Assembly: GCA_964016885.1 (NCBI GenBank)
Contig: OZ024742.1
Location: 80,786,001 to 80,850,000 of the forward strand
DNA length: 64,000 nucleotides
From: Eledone cirrhosa
Lineage: Eukaryota
Direction: 5' to 3'
Both the position numbers and the translations under genes were made by a program. The notes beneath the pieces were generated by a model. The model was not told the DNA's origin and made no database searches. It saw nothing but the letters and a program-made list of their open reading frames with translations. The stretch's first letter is position 1; the number at the start of each line of letters is the position of its first letter. This document shows positions 42,576 to 57,600 of the stretch, in pieces.

Positions 42576-42980
42576 TTCAACAATGCCAGTATTCCGTGTG
42601 GCCGTAACATTATACGCTACTTACGATTTTAAGTAGCTTTTATATTGAAAATTAATATGGCATGTAATGAACAATGCTAATTCGTAAATTTCCTAGAAAC
42701 CGTTAATGCAATCGGAAATTGTTTTGTCCACAGCAATGCAGGGGGACTAACTAATGTGTGTTGCAAATGTGGAGGAAATCGGCTAGATTATCTTTAAGTT
42801 ACGCCTCAAAGAAGCCTAAAAATGCCTAAAAAATGCGGATGTTCGCCTACTGCGGACTGTAAATATAAGTAACGTATGTGTAAAGGCTGAAAAAAATCGG
42901 TCGTGTACTTCTCCAGATCTAGGGATTTAGGCAGAGACACACACACAGACAGATACAACTCCTCCGTTTCATATATATAT
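42575..42980 (-). mobile_element. Non-autonomous Helitron/DINE-like element
   Basis: Minus strand ATATATGAAACGGAGGAGTTGTATCTGTCTGTGTG...CCGATTTT; organisation like 1790-1998. Confidence 0.4.
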
Positions 42981-43604
42981 GTGGGATAATCTGTAAGTCG
43001 TTTAGAATTTATAAGTGAAGTGTAATTTTAACATGGGAAAATATTGAGTGATAGAACATTTACAAGGCTAATATTATTTATGAATAAGTGATATCAATGT
43101 AAGGCAATTAAGTTGGATTTTAAATACTGATAATGATTTTGAATATGTAATAGCGTTTGGGTTGAAGAAAAGATTTTTGATTTAGGCAATTTAGTTAATT
43201 ACTATATAAGTTATTTTGATTAATTTACGAGACATAATATTATTGTTATGGGAAAACATTATCGTCGTTTTTGAAGGATCAGATTAATGTGTGTTGAATT
43301 AATTAACAACGTTCATAGGTAGAAACTTAATTTTTCTAGAAAAGAAAATTACTAAATAAAAAACAAGAGCTAATTATTTCATGCAGTCATGAAATCCTGA
43401 AAACATATAAATACTATAAACCCACCTAATATTTGAAATCCCTATGTCATAACAAACTTCTTCAACCGTGTGAATATCCTTAGAATTCATGATTTGAAAC
43501 AGTTCTTGTGAACAGAATGGGTACTGTTTGACCTTAATGTAACGTATTTCTTTTCAGGTTGTAGGCAACATTTTATTTTTAGATGTGTGAATAATTATTA
43601 GCTT

Positions 43605-43636
<32 letters not shown>

Positions 43637-43784
43637 GACTGTTGGTCAGTCAATCGAAATATTGAGGACCGAATAAATTAAATTAACCGATATAAAAGGA
43701 CACAGAAGCGAAAATCAACCAAACTGTGAGTGTGTTCTGTTATTAATTCTAGCAATATTATTACACAAATATGACCCTCCCCAC

Positions 43785-43834
<50 letters not shown>

Positions 43835-43963
43835 TTATATAAATTTGTTTTGCGAGATAAGATAAAAATGGCATAGACTCTACAATACATTGCAATACAA
43901 TAGGAGGAAACATGATAATAGTAACACTGATGATGTTGCAGATGTGCAACGAATGAATTTTGA

Positions 43964-46900
43964 TCCACTATATCTAATATATATTTGTGAAATGGTTGGT
44001 GACTGAAATTCAGTTGTGCAAGGCTAAATGGTAGTAGACGTGGTAGGACCGACATGAACATTTACACACCTATGTTAAAAGTGCCAAGGAAGCAAATAGA
44101 CGAGGTTTCAAATCTCTAACTTGAAAAGGTTGGTCTCTCGGGCCCCAAAACGTTCTATTTACTATCGCTTTTGTGAGTTATTTCCCCCTGTTCTAATACT
44201 TGGGTGAGTTATTTTCCATAGTCGCTTTCAATATTCATTGTCTTATTTACAATTCATACACATTTTTAAACTCATCAATTTGTTCATAACATATCAAACA
44301 CAACGTTCTTTCGCTGTTAACATACAGTACCGATTTATGAAATCGATTTTACGAAATGCCAAACCGAAAGCGGTCACTGTTTTCCATCAAAAGAATTAAA
44401 ACCCTTAAATTGCGAAGAAGGGAGGCGTGTTGTCAGGTACGTTTTTTTCCGATATCATTTTTATCTTAATTCTAATACATGTTAACCCCCACTAACAGTA
44501 AGTAGTATTTTTCAAAGTCAAATGAAAAGTTTAAAGAATACATGCATGTAAACTTAATGAATGGGATCTATAAGCCTTTGGGTTGCCGAGTTAATTCATT
44601 CAGTTTTTTTTTATATTCATTGTAAACTTAATGAATGGGGTCTATAAGCCCTTTGGTTGCCGAGTTAATTAATTCAGTTTTTTTTTTTTTTATCTTCATT
44701 GTCCTATTTAAAATAACATATCAAAGACAACGTTATTTCGCTGTTAATAAACTGTTGCCTTCTACAGTACGTTTCATTTTCATTTTCAATTACAGTTGCT
44801 GTATATTAAATTGAAATACTTCTATAACGATCATACAGTACCGTTTTATGAAATCGATTCTGCAGTAGAATTTTACGAAATGCCAAACCGAAAAAAGGTC
44901 ACTGTTTTCTAACAAAAGAAATAAAACCCTTACATTGCGAACCCCCTGTTCTAATACTGGGGTTATTTATTTCTCCCTATTCTAATAAACGTCTAATATA
45001 TAGAGGCTCCTCTTGCTGACCAGGGCAATCAAAGTGTAACCTATCATTCAAACCATCATAATCTGCATTTTTAAACTTGCATATCATCGACATTGCTATT
45101 TCGCTGTTAATAAACTATCACCTTCTACATTTACAGTTATTGCTATTATCCTTTTATAACTAATTCGATGGCCAATTCGCCTTCATGTCTTCTTTTAATA
45201 TTGTTTTTCCATTATAATGTTGAATAAGATGCCCACACACAGCTAATAGATCACATCCATGTTGGTTATTTTTTTTTTACCCATTTAGGCAACCTCTCCT
45301 TATGAGCAGCTCCATCAGCACCAAAGCACAATTCTGGAGGAGACTTCAGAGACAAGGGAGTCCCGTCTTTCTTCTCAGCTCATTCAACCACAACGCTCAC
45401 GTTTGGCGGAAACTTCAGAGGTAAGGGAGGTCCACCTTGCTGATCGCCGCACTTGACGTCAACAATTACTTCTCAACGAGACTGCGGAGGCCAGGGAGGC
45501 CCGTTTACAGGACATGCACACTCGACAGCAACAATCACTTCTCAACAAAACTGCGGAGGCAAGGGAAGACAGGCTGGCATCGAGACGGCGTAGACGTCAG
45601 GAACATGCAGCTGCTACAAGGGACACCATTTGGTCAAAAGCTGGCTTCAAATACAATCCTGCTTATGTCTACGCCAATCGCACGGATATGACTCTTGGAA
45701 AAATGGATAAGGTATGTCAGTTCTGTGAGACTAATAAGTGGGTAGTTGAGGCTCCAGGTCTTTGCTGTTCCGGGGGCATGGTTCGACTTCGGGCGTTGGT
45801 TGATCCTCCTCACTTTCTCCAATATCTTCACATCGATAACTCTACCCACGGAGTGCACTTTCGCAACAACATTTGGAGGTACAATGTTTGGTTAGCTATG
45901 ACATATTTCGGTGTAAGGGATGGCAGAAATAGAAGAACAAGCACTGACGACACTCCTGTCGCCAGTATTTCTCGAAACAACGACACAAGGCTGAGAGAAA
46001 AACTCTACACCTACAAAATTCAAGGGCAGTGTTACCAGCTAATTGGAAGCCTTCGACCACAACAAGGAGAGGAACCGAAATTCTTGCAGGTATTCTCGAT
46101 CTGCGGGAATGATGAGTTTTCCCACAGATGCAGGAATAATTCTCTTATTGACCGAAACATCATTGCGGAACTTCAAGCCATGCTCCACGCAACCCATCCG
46201 TACGTCCGCGAACTGAAGAGAGCATTTGATCTTTTGGACTCAAGACCTAAGATGAAATTGGTCATCAGAGCTGACAGACCTCCTGCTGGTGAGCATCCTG
46301 GACATTTCAACGCTCCAACTACCAATGAGGGAGCAGCGATCATGGTTGATGAAATTCATGGCAAACGTAACATCATCATTCAGCACCGCGATAACAGACT
46401 GACGTTCGTGGCGGAAACCCATCGTCCTACGATTGTTTGCAATACCCACTGCTGTTTCCCTACGGCGAGGATGGATACTATTGGCAGATACATCAAGTTA
46501 ACCCGACAAGTCTTAATCCTTTGCCAAAAAAACGTTTCCAGTAAGGACTTTTATTCATACAGACTTATGGTCAGAGACGGTCAATTCAACCAACTACTGA
46601 CGTTCAAGGAGGTGACAAACCAGTTTTTGATTGATATATACGCCAAGATTGAAGGGGTACGTCTTTTGTACATACGTACCAATCAGACCGAACTAAAAGC
46701 AGTTGATTACGCTCATCTTCGGGATACTTTGCAACGTGACGGTGACGCAACCAACATTGGACATCGGGTGATCCTTCCTTCAAGCTTCACTGTCTCACCC
46801 CGGTACATACATAAACGGACACAGGATGCCATGGCGTATGTCCGTAGCTTTGGGCGGACATATCTTTTTATTACCTTCACATGTAATCCAAATTGGGTGG

Positions 46901-47493
46901 AGATAAAGGGAATTTATTCGCGCGCCAGCAAACGAGTGACAGGCATGATATTACAGCCAGAGTTTTCCACGGTAAGTTGAAAAAACTGATGTCCTTGCTG
47001 AAAGACAAGAACATTTTCGGACCACTCAATGCTTGGGTGTATACTGTGGAATGGCAGAAGCGGGGTCTTCCACACGCACATATTCTCAGTTGGTGCAAAG
47101 AACGAATCAGACCTGCGGACATTGATCGAGTTATATGTGCAGAGTTGCGCGATCCCGATATTGACTCGCAACTTCACAGCATCATTCTTGCTAATATGAT
47201 ACATGGACCCTGTGGTGCCCTCAACAGCCTAAAATCGTGTATGGAGGGCAACTACCGGCGGCATGCTCCTGATTTTGGCGACCGTACAGCTATGGTTACA
47301 AGGGATGGGATAACATACGAGACTACAAAAGCTTTTCACGTCGCTCCACTTCTCATTGTACGCCGTCCAGCCCCAAGTGCATATTTCTATTTTTTTCCTG
47401 ATACTGCTTCTTTATAATAAACTTTCAATAATATTTTTCAAATTATTAACTTAATAAAAAGTGGCCCCGGGTAAAACCGGGCTCAGCTGCTAG
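43964..47493 (+). mobile_element. Internally deleted Helitron
   Basis: Rep coding region, 3' hairpin CCCGG-GTAAAA-CCGGG, then CTAG|T at 47490-47494. The 5' A|TC at ~43964 is tentative. Confidence 0.8.
45514..47330 (+). pseudogene. Helitron Rep (HUH) N-terminal part, frameshifted, helicase absent
   Basis: CQFC...CCSGG, YKIQGQCY, ILPSSF, LFITFTCNPNW, VEWQKRGLPHAHIL, MIHGPCG. Confidence 0.93.
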
Positions 47494-47731
47494 TATATAT
47501 ATATATATATGGAGAGAGAGAGAGATAGATAGATATGTTCTGCTATCTAAGCATAATATATATTTATATCTGTATTTTTTACCATTGGTCAGTCAATGAT
47601 AAACAGTGATAGCCAAATGAATTAACTATTGATACATAAAAGATGTATAAGCGAAAGCCAACCTAACAGTGACTATGTTCATTTATTATTTCTGGCAATA
47701 TTATTACAACAATATGACCCTCCCCAGGCAA

Positions 47732-47767
<36 letters not shown>

Positions 47768-48263
47768 GGTTAAATTTGTCGATTTACCACTGAGTAGAAT
47801 TGGTCATTCTGCAATGTTAACCATGACGTAGTAGTAGGAAAAGACTCGACATTACGCAACTCATCCATCTTTGATGTTCAATGCTGTTGGGGGTGTGGGG
47901 ACAGAGTTGAATATTGTATTATGGAGTAAAATGACAGAAGCCGGACACGTTGGCTTCCTACAAATTTCTATTTATGCAAACACTATGCAAACACTTCACA
48001 TGTAAGTCAAAACACAGCACACTTTGTCAAATACAAAACAAAAAAAAAACAAGTTTCTTCCCTTTTTCTTATCACTATTTTTCTTCCTTAAAACCTCTTA
48101 GAATGGGTTTACCATCATTCCTTTAGTATATATATATTATGCAATACACACCTGATGATGGTACTATGTTCTTAGGTAACCTGACTACTGAAAGATGCAT
48201 AGAATTTGCAAAAATAAAGATTTGAAGGAATTCAACCTTTTCGGCCTCCTGTCATTTCATCCT

Positions 48264-48404
<141 letters not shown>

Positions 48405-49439
48405 TACACGTGTACATTTGTCTACTGACGATCTCCAAATCCACACTCTACATTTTACAAATATTATAATATATATTAGTAAGACAGAACATAATATTGA
48501 CGTGAACATTCATTATTGCATATACAACTGCATTTACAATCACTCTGAGAGAATTGTTGTCACATATCAAACAAGTGAATAACATGATTCTTAAACACAT
48601 TGTAACTTTAACGAAATGTATTATACATTAAATATTGTCTTAGTCAATATCATGAAGTCATTTTTTCTGCCAAACAGAAGTGTTCTATTGTCCCATGCAC
48701 ACAAACGCAACGATATTTTATATACATGGCGTATATTTAAGAAGATTGAAAGTATTCGACTTACTATTAACTATGACGTTAACTTCCGTATATCTTCTAA
48801 TCGAAATATGGTTATAAAATAATGAAAAGTTATTTCTGTAATATATATTGCAATTTACTTATAACGGCATTGCATTTGTAGAGTAGAATATAACAACATT
48901 TACAGCCTTATTGAGCAACGATATTTTGAGTGTATTAAAATTGTTGGTGCATTTCCGATTAGAAACTAAACGAATCCTACGGGGTATATATTAACTTGGC
49001 TGTCGTCATATTAAGTTAATGTTTGCAGCCCAAGAATAGAAATGACCACACACTTTAGCTTTCAAAAGAGAGTTGTTAATCGTAATCTTGTAACTGATAT
49101 AAGGAATATACACCCTGAATGTGATAAACGATAATGAACAGTATTCTAGACATCCATTATAGAAAAGGAATGGAGTTATTTTCACAACTCGAACTACATA
49201 ATTGATACAAGAGAAAGTCAACGAATTTTACATGTGAATTTGAAACAGTTATAAGCAAAGAGGCGTTGAAAGACTGCATATATATTAGCTAACGTAGATT
49301 TTAATATCGTACAGTCGATTCGTAATTCTCTCGGGCATTCAGGTAACATCCGTTTCAATTGGATACAAACCCATCTTTTACATACATTAAAGTCAATAAC
49401 AAACAAACATGCGGGATTATTTGCTTTAGTAAAATCTTA

Positions 49440-49762
49440 AAGCACCTTGCTTAAAGTTCTCTATGATTGATCAGTTTGTTAGCGAGATTCTCGCGTTCTC
49501 CTCGTGATTTACCACCTAACCGACCTGGAATACATAGGCAACACCACTCCATTCTCTAACACGAACAATCAGCTCAGAACAGCACTAACGATTTACCGGG
49601 AGGAATAAGGAAACATTGGCCATCAGGTAATCTGGACAAAGACAAAACTGATGGATGTCGGCACTGGCCCGGACCCTCCCCCGATTCTTATTGGCCCGGA
49701 CGCCGTGGAGTTTGTCCTTTCCTTCATTTGCCTAAAATCGACTGTCACCAACAGTGGAGACC
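49440..49762 (+). pseudogene. RTE-like RT fragment
   Basis: LTDLEY..., WTKTKLM, VEFVLSFICLKSTVTNSGD (decayed FxYLGS region). Confidence 0.6.
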
Positions 49763-50396
49763 TATACCGTTTGATTTGTCCAGGTGTATTTTGTCAACCT
49801 GTTAGTATTTTCGTTACTTTGTTACTTTGGTATTGTGTGTTAGGGTTTGCCTACCACAATGTTCAATTTGTTAAGCTATTTAAAAGTGTATATATATATA
49901 TATATATAAGCAATGAGTTATTTAATTTGTTAATTATTCAACAAATCTAGTTTATAACAGATTAGAAGCACTTCAACTGTAAGAAAATCCAGTGATCTTA
50001 GGAGATCTCCAAGTGGAAGTTCAAACAAATCCGTGTGATAATCCATTTTCAGTATCAATAACAAATGTAGGGTCTGACGAATGGGAGGGTTCACGTAAGC
50101 ATATATATATATATATATATATACATATATATGTATATATTTATAACCATATTTTCACTTCTTATTAATTCGTGTTTGACACACGTTGGCTGAGAGCTTT
50201 TGACGGGAACGAACATATATGTTTTCTATTCTCCTGCCACCACGTAAAGTTTGTAAATCGGTGGCTGGTCGGTGGACGGAATTGTGTCGGATTCCAGTAA
50301 TTAATCACTTTACTGTTTCGGCCGTCACAAACAGTCATAGCCGGCATGGGCTGGGGTTTGGATTCTGTCGATCGATTGGTTATTGATTAGGCGAAA

Positions 50397-50507
50397 CCCG
50401 CTGATGAAGCCACATACGCCGTTTATGCATAGTTGCATAATATATGTATACATACGGTGTAGTGCACCCTACTGCTGCAATAAGTGTGGCCGAAACTCGA
50501 GTCCGGG
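50397..50507 (+). ncRNA. Hammerhead motif with long stem II
   Basis: cccg CTGATGA a-gccacat...gtgtggc-c GAAA ctcgag TC cggg. Confidence 0.85.
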
Positions 50508-50658
50508 AACTATTATAGGCACCCATTTCATCAGTGTTGTGTTGAAGGGAATAATTATGTGTATACTCTGGGAATGTATCCTACATTACCTATTGAGTAC
50601 TCTAAGATACAACCGGTCCTGGCATTAATAAATATGGTGGGTCCGTCAACTCTTTATA

Positions 50659-50788
<130 letters not shown>

Positions 50789-50889
50789 TGTGTGTGTTTG
50801 TGTGTGTGTGTGTGTATGTGTGTGCCTGTGAACACTTTCTTCATGCACTGAAACATTCATAAATATACATATTATGAGGAGAATCGGTG

Positions 50890-52255
50890 ACATAAATCAA
50901 TAGTTGATTTTGTTATGGTATTTGTTCTCTTTGATTCTGAGCTGAATGTGCGATGTGCTGAGCTCTCAACTGACCACCATATAGTTATCTGCAACTTGAG
51001 ACTACTTATAGCAAAAGAAGCCCACAAAAGTGACAGATCAAGAGCGACCCACAGGATAAATTGCGAAGCATTCTTGGATAAGGAAGTCAAGATGAGGTTA
51101 GCAGATACTATTGCATCCAATTTCAGAGAACTCCCTGAGCAAAATGAGGACCTTTAGACAGATTGGAGATTATTCAGCATAGCAGTTTCTGCTTCAGCTG
51201 TTAAATTCTGCGGGGAAAAGAGTGTTAGTGTGGCGCAGAATGTCAGGACGGCACCTTGGTTCAATCAAGAGGTCAAAGATTCCATCCGAGCAAAGAATAG
51301 GGCACAAAAAAAAATGAGTCCTCCTTCTCGCACTTGCGGTAAAGTGATGCACGACAATATCGCAGCAGAGACAGAAAAACCGCCCAAAGTTAAGACATGT
51401 GAAGACTTTGAAGTTAAGCTGGAATCCGACTTCAGATCAGCAGATAAAATATTCGGGCAGATCATCCGCCGACTTCGTAATAAGAAGCTCTCCTCCACAC
51501 CTGCTATTAAGAACGCGTCTGTGGTTCTCCTCTTTTCAGAGATGTGCATACACGCGAGGTGGCGAGAATACTTTGCTGATCTCCTAAACCTGATCACAAA
51601 AGCATGCTAAAAGCCTTAAATAAAGAAGGTATTCTCTGATTGACTCATGTGAGCCGGGTGTCTAGGAACTCTGGAAGGGCAACTAAGCAGTGGCAATTGA
51701 GAGAGATAATACCAATTTTCAAAAAAGGAGACGAGAGAGATTGTTTCAATTACAGAGGGATCTCCTTGTTAAGCATCACCGGTAAAGTCTATGCTAAGTG
51801 TCTGGAAAAGAGATGCAGGGAGATTGTCGAGTCCAAGCTAGCTGATGAACAGTGTGGCTTTCGTCACGGAAACAGCACAGCCGACCAAATATTCACATTG
51901 CGGCATGTATTCGAGAAATCATAGGATTATTGCCCAGAAGTATATTCTTGTTTTGTTGACCTTGAGAAGGCATATAACCACGTTCCTCGGAACATGCTGA
52001 GGAAGGCTGTGCAGGAGTATGGGATCGGTGGTCAGCCTCTTGCTGCGCTGATGGCTCTATACGAATGCCCGAGTATTTGTTTTTGGACAAATGGTGCTAA
52101 ATCAAACCATTCAATTTGGGAGTAGGACTCGCCACTCCTGTTCATTATTTACAAGAACAAGATTGTCATGTGCAGCCAGATTGTAAGTCTTATCATGACT
52201 GGCAGGTATAAAATCAGTCTACTGGAATTTGCAGACGACATGGTGTTACTCAACT
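50890..52255 (+). mobile_element. RTE-clade LINE remnant (APE end + RT), decayed with deletions
   Basis: LSTDHHIV, RWREYF, IPIFKKGD..NYRGISLL, EQCGFR, DQIFTLR, FVDLEKAY, FADD. Confidence 0.92.
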
Positions 52256-52487
52256 CATACATATATGTATACAGACGTACAGTAGTATGTATATATATAC
52301 ATACATTCACACATATATATATGCACGTATCGGTTTACCGAATATTTATAATAATGCTCGGTTTCGGTGTTCTCGGCCGACTGAACTCACTCGATATGCA
52401 AATTAGGTTGCTCAGCCGTTAATATGCATAAGGAAAGTATATACTTTCAGACGTTCAACCATCTGGCAGGAAGGTATACGATGCTGA

Positions 52488-52574
<87 letters not shown>

Positions 52575-53169
52575 ATGTTTTTGTGTGTGGACTAGTTGGT
52601 AATGTGAAAACGCAAACCCACGCTCAATTATCGAATCTCTGATTCAGCTAAAGATGGAGAGGATTCACTGGCACTATACATACTAACGAGGATGATAGTA
52701 CTGATGACTGGGGTTAGATATGTTCCTAGATCACTGAGGGCCGGAATATATACTGGAATATATTCATAGATTCTTAATTAAAATCTGAAATTTCTTTAGA
52801 TTTAAATGTTTCTCATTCGCATTTGCCAATGTTTAGACGGAATAAAATAATAATCGCTTTCCTCGCCAGCATATAATGGTAGCTCATTGTGATCTTATTA
52901 AAATACAAATTACATCATTACAGAGAGACAGTAAATTCCGCATTTCTTTATATTTCTTAACGTACTGCGGGAAGTGTATATTTTACATAAAAAAATCGAA
53001 TACATTTATGATAACTATATATGTGATCCTTTTAGGAATAGTTATAATATTCTAGTTGGCAAACGTTCTTGATACACTGACACAGACACATACACACACA
53101 CGCACACACGCGAACACATAGACAAACATATGCACACGCGCGCACACACACACACACATACACACATAC

Positions 53170-53200
<31 letters not shown>

Positions 53201-54829
53201 ATTTGCCCAGGATCACATCAATAATTATTATGAGAAATGTTTCAATTTGAAGTTACTTGTCCTGATTTGTATCTAATATATGCGATAAAAAAATCTTTAT
53301 TAGAAAATCGAAACATAAGTTGCACACACTTTTGTTACAGATTACACATCCAGATCAGTTGCCAATTCATATTGCTTTGATCTTCAAACATTTTTTGTAT
53401 GTTCTCATAAATATCTTCAGATAAATCAAACGTACGTCTCTCTTAAGTTATTCCTCAGAAAGTTACTTGGCAAATCGATGAAATGTATAAACCATCCATG
53501 AAATCAATGTTTAATTTGGGCCTTTACTGGATGTATAATTTAATATAAACTTCTAACCTAACTATTCACACATTTTACTTGATTGCGGATTTCCGTATAT
53601 ATTTATGACCAACAATCCAGACTACATAACAAACATGCAGACATATGGCGCAAGGAAGTGAAGAGAAAGAATCAGATAACTTGAAATATGAACACATAAA
53701 TACATAAATGCTGCACATATATACATGATGGCTGCAACTCGATTTCGAGTAATGCCATTTCTTGATACTTAAGCATGGACATCATGGACGTGGCGTTTTA
53801 GTGCTGTTAGAGTCTAGGTTATGGCCAGCAATAACATGCATCACGGAAGTTGACACAAATCAAGCGATGCCTCTGCGTGAAGCTTTTTTTAATTGAGGAA
53901 AGGCTTTGCATGGAACTAATCCCACTCTCTCAATATGAAATGCATTTGCCCCGAAGAAGAACGGGTCTATATTATAGGATACAAATGAAGTCGCAGTTTT
54001 TATATAAGAGTGACCTTCTCCTACAGAGATGTCATAATGAAAACTAGGAGTCCCTCGCTTCAGAAAAAAAACGTAATTTTTTCGGAGGCCCCTTTGACCG
54101 GTTTTATTTTTCATCCCATAGGGTGTCCAAAATCACACTCCCAAACGATCAAGCATGGTGGAGTTTGACGGTTTACTCGCTGATGACACGCACATATTGT
54201 ACTGGGTTACATGTTACCAGTAGCACCGAGGAGGGCCCTCACATACACACATACATATATACATACATACATACATGTATGCATACATACATAACCACAT
54301 ACATACACATGGAAGTGGAAAATGTGTACCATCCTACGAAAAAGTAAATGTAATCAGCTTGGCAATACAAGTTCAACACTCACGTAGTAACTACATGTAA
54401 CTTAAGCAAGATGAAAATACTAGGGCTTTTTCTTGCACACCAGATTCCAACAACTTTAAGATGCAAAGCTTGAAAGTAGAAACATGTGATTAGCGACAGA
54501 CTACAAAGCATAACATTCTATCTCCTTCCGAAGCCCATTTTTTACATTTCATTTCCAACATTAAATTCCGTAAGTAAAAAGAGAAAACTTATTTTTTAAA
54601 TCTCTTAAATGATATTGTTAAAAATGAAAATGCCTAAAAATGTCTACTTCGATAAGATCAAAACTCTATAGGAAGTAAATATAGAAAGTTATCATCAACG
54701 TATACAAAATAATATAACTAATATATAACAGAAAGCTTGAACAACGTCTACAGATAAAGAGAAAGTAATTGTTTGAATGTTTAGGATTCACAAAAGAATA
54801 GAGTGTTTAGATAAAGGTGATTTCTTTAT

Positions 54830-57600
54830 TATCATGAAAGACCATACATAAGCCTTATTTTACATTTCTGCTCATGCCATACTTATGACAGATCTTCCAA
54901 TGAACGAATTTGACAATGTTGTCGTGCCTTCATTTGTACTCTTTCTGCGAAATCACCTTCCATTCACTAATAATGCGGTTTATTCTTTCATATTTCTAAC
55001 TATACAGTCTTTAACCTGCAAAGTGGTGAATTAGTTGATTTGTCATTATTGAACATGATATAGTTTGTTCTTAGGGCCTGTTCTTGGGTTGCGAAAATAA
55101 TGTCTTTAGTTTCAACTTTTAAGTCGTTTTTCCGAGTCCATCCCAACTTCTTAACTTTGCCATTTCACGCAAGAATTGACCATACATTTCTCTTTTATTT
55201 CATCTGTTCAAGTGTTATTTAGTCGTTTAAAATTCTCCCCTTTCCTTTGATTCATCACTAATTAGGATCTGTATCTTTCTTACTCATGCCGTCAGTCTTT
55301 CCTTTGAAGTTTTTACATACCATTGTACAGCTAATGAGACGACTTCCTCTTCTCTGTCGTGAAATATGGTGTTGGTGTAGAGCCCCTTGTAGTTTTAACA
55401 TATTCCTGGTCTTTCTACCAAGCTCCTTAAATTCATCACATCTCCACTCTATGCATTATAACGTAAAGCTGCAACAGCCCATTTGTTGATAGCCAGTATC
55501 TTATTCCTACCACTTAATTTGTTTTTAACACCAACGTCAGTCTCTGTTTGTATTCATTTGATAAGAGCTCTTTCAGTTCCTTCCTTACATAAGGTCCCTT
55601 TCCAGGATACCTAGGTCCTTATGCCCATAGTCGTCAATTTCTTTCTTGATTTGTCTGTTTGGTAATAGAATGCTTTCCATCTAATAAATTCTACCACATT
55701 TCAGTAGTAGAACTCCACACCTTTTTCATGTCAAATTCAATTTCTATCTCCGTACTGAATGTATGAATTTCTGTAAAAGGGAATCAATATGTTGATAAGA
55801 TTTCCCATACAGTTAGTTTTATGTCATCAATGAAGAGCAGGTGGTAAATCTTAAATTCACAACCTCTCCATTTGTATGAGCCTTAGACATTCTCAACACT
55901 AATGAATTTCGAAACGTACACAATTCAAACCGCAAAGGCGAATCACTGTTTTCCTGAAATGTTCCTCTTTTGATATTTGCAAGACTTAATGTATGCCTAC
56001 ATGATGTCAGCTCAGTCTTCCAACCATCTATACTGCTCACCAGAAACTCTCGCACGTTGGCTGCAATACCTAATATTTTCAAACAATGTGGCACTATGTC
56101 ATAAGTCTTGCAGTAATGGATCAAGACGTTCACAATGTTTGTGTGTCACCTTTTAAAATATTTAAGGATCGCGGTAACAATCAACAAACTTCCACATAAA
56201 TTGGAGGTAGGAGTTTGATCTAATGTTGTCACCTGCATTTCCATTTCTGGTGTCCTTCAAACACCAGACAGTTCTTCCACATATTGCCCATTCTTGCAAC
56301 CTCTTTTCTCAATTCAGTATCGTATTCATTACTCAGTAATTCTTCCATGAAGGGCCCTAACGTTTTTCAACCTGAATTCTTACGCCGCTGCAGTTCACTT
56401 TCCAATTGGGCATCTTTCTACTCCAGATAGTTACCATATCAGTTGTTATATCCAATCTACCCTGTTGATTATCCACAATGTCATTTGTGATGTTAATCAG
56501 CTACTCCAAACCTCTATTGTTCTCTTTTCCTACACTCTAGAAATCACTCCAAAACGTGTTACCTTCATCCGCATCATTCCTAACCAAGTCATAGAATCAC
56601 TCCTGGTTTTTTTGGAAACGTACATTCTGTTTATACTGTGTGATCCATTTTTCATACTCCTTAATCTTTGCAGCTTTGGCAAGTACCTTTCGTTTCAGTT
56701 CTTCAATTACTGTAGTTATCTCCTTTCCCATGATATTGTACTTCCCTGTAAGTAGTTAAATTCTTCTTCTGTTTTGAGCCGTTTCTCTCTCCAGAATATT
56801 AATATTTTCCTAAGAAGCACTTTATGTCCCCTACAATTATCCGTTTCAACCATGATTCTGTGATCTGCTTTTGTGTTGTCTGTTTCAGAGCTAACGCTTT
56901 AGCAATGTAGACAATTTCAGCGCTGATGAGATTGTTGGTTTCTGTGATGGTTCTAGTTGTCAACTTGTCAAGTATGTTGTATTTTTGTTAGTTATTTCTT
57001 TAGCTGACGTTGGATTACTTTATTTTATATTTTCATTACTGACTCCTGATTTAGAGATCTCCGATATATTATCAAACATTTGGTTTTTTTTCTGAGAGGT
57101 CCTTCAGTTCATTAATGTTAATGACATAAGGGCGTATTGGCAGTATCAGTAGATGGTCGGACGCCATGCTTTCCAGCATAGTTACGTCCCTTTACGGTCT
57201 GAGTTCAAATCTCGACAAGGTTAACTTTGCTTTTCGTCCTTATGGGGTAGATAAAATAAAGTACCAGTAATGCACTGGTTAATTGCTGGCCTTGTGCCAA
57301 AACAAGAAACAATTAGTGGTAATGTAATTTCCCTCATCAACTCGGTCCACCTCTTCAACTTGGATTCCATCATTTTCCATACTCTCATCTCTATTTGAAT
57401 CTCCAACATCCTGAGATTCTAATATCCTCCACACCCACTTGGCTTATTTTTTTTATTTATCATTTCAATCTCTATCAGAGGTAGTCAGCCGTATTGCACT
57501 TGCCTCATAACACATCATCTGTTCAGTTGATTCCAAGAACCCTATCTCTTATTGGCTCAGCATTAACACTCCATAACAACCTTGTTTATCTCCATATTCC
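54830..57600 (-). mobile_element. Highly decayed R4/Dong-like (RLE-type) non-LTR retrotransposon
   Basis: YCKTYDIVPH, RGTFQENSDSP, HLLFIDDIKL, DLKVETK..QEQALRTNY..CRL, RHDNIV..HW. Confidence 0.75.
57130..57315 (+). mobile_element. OR1-like SINE
   Basis: Same family as 8771. Confidence 0.85.

Noticed and set aside
43921-43960. CTGATGA t-gttgca-gatg-tgcaac GAAT
   Set aside because: Good stem II but no GAAA, stem III or stem I
48145-48210. CTGATGA...GAAA gatgca TA
   Set aside because: Stem I does not close; possibly decayed
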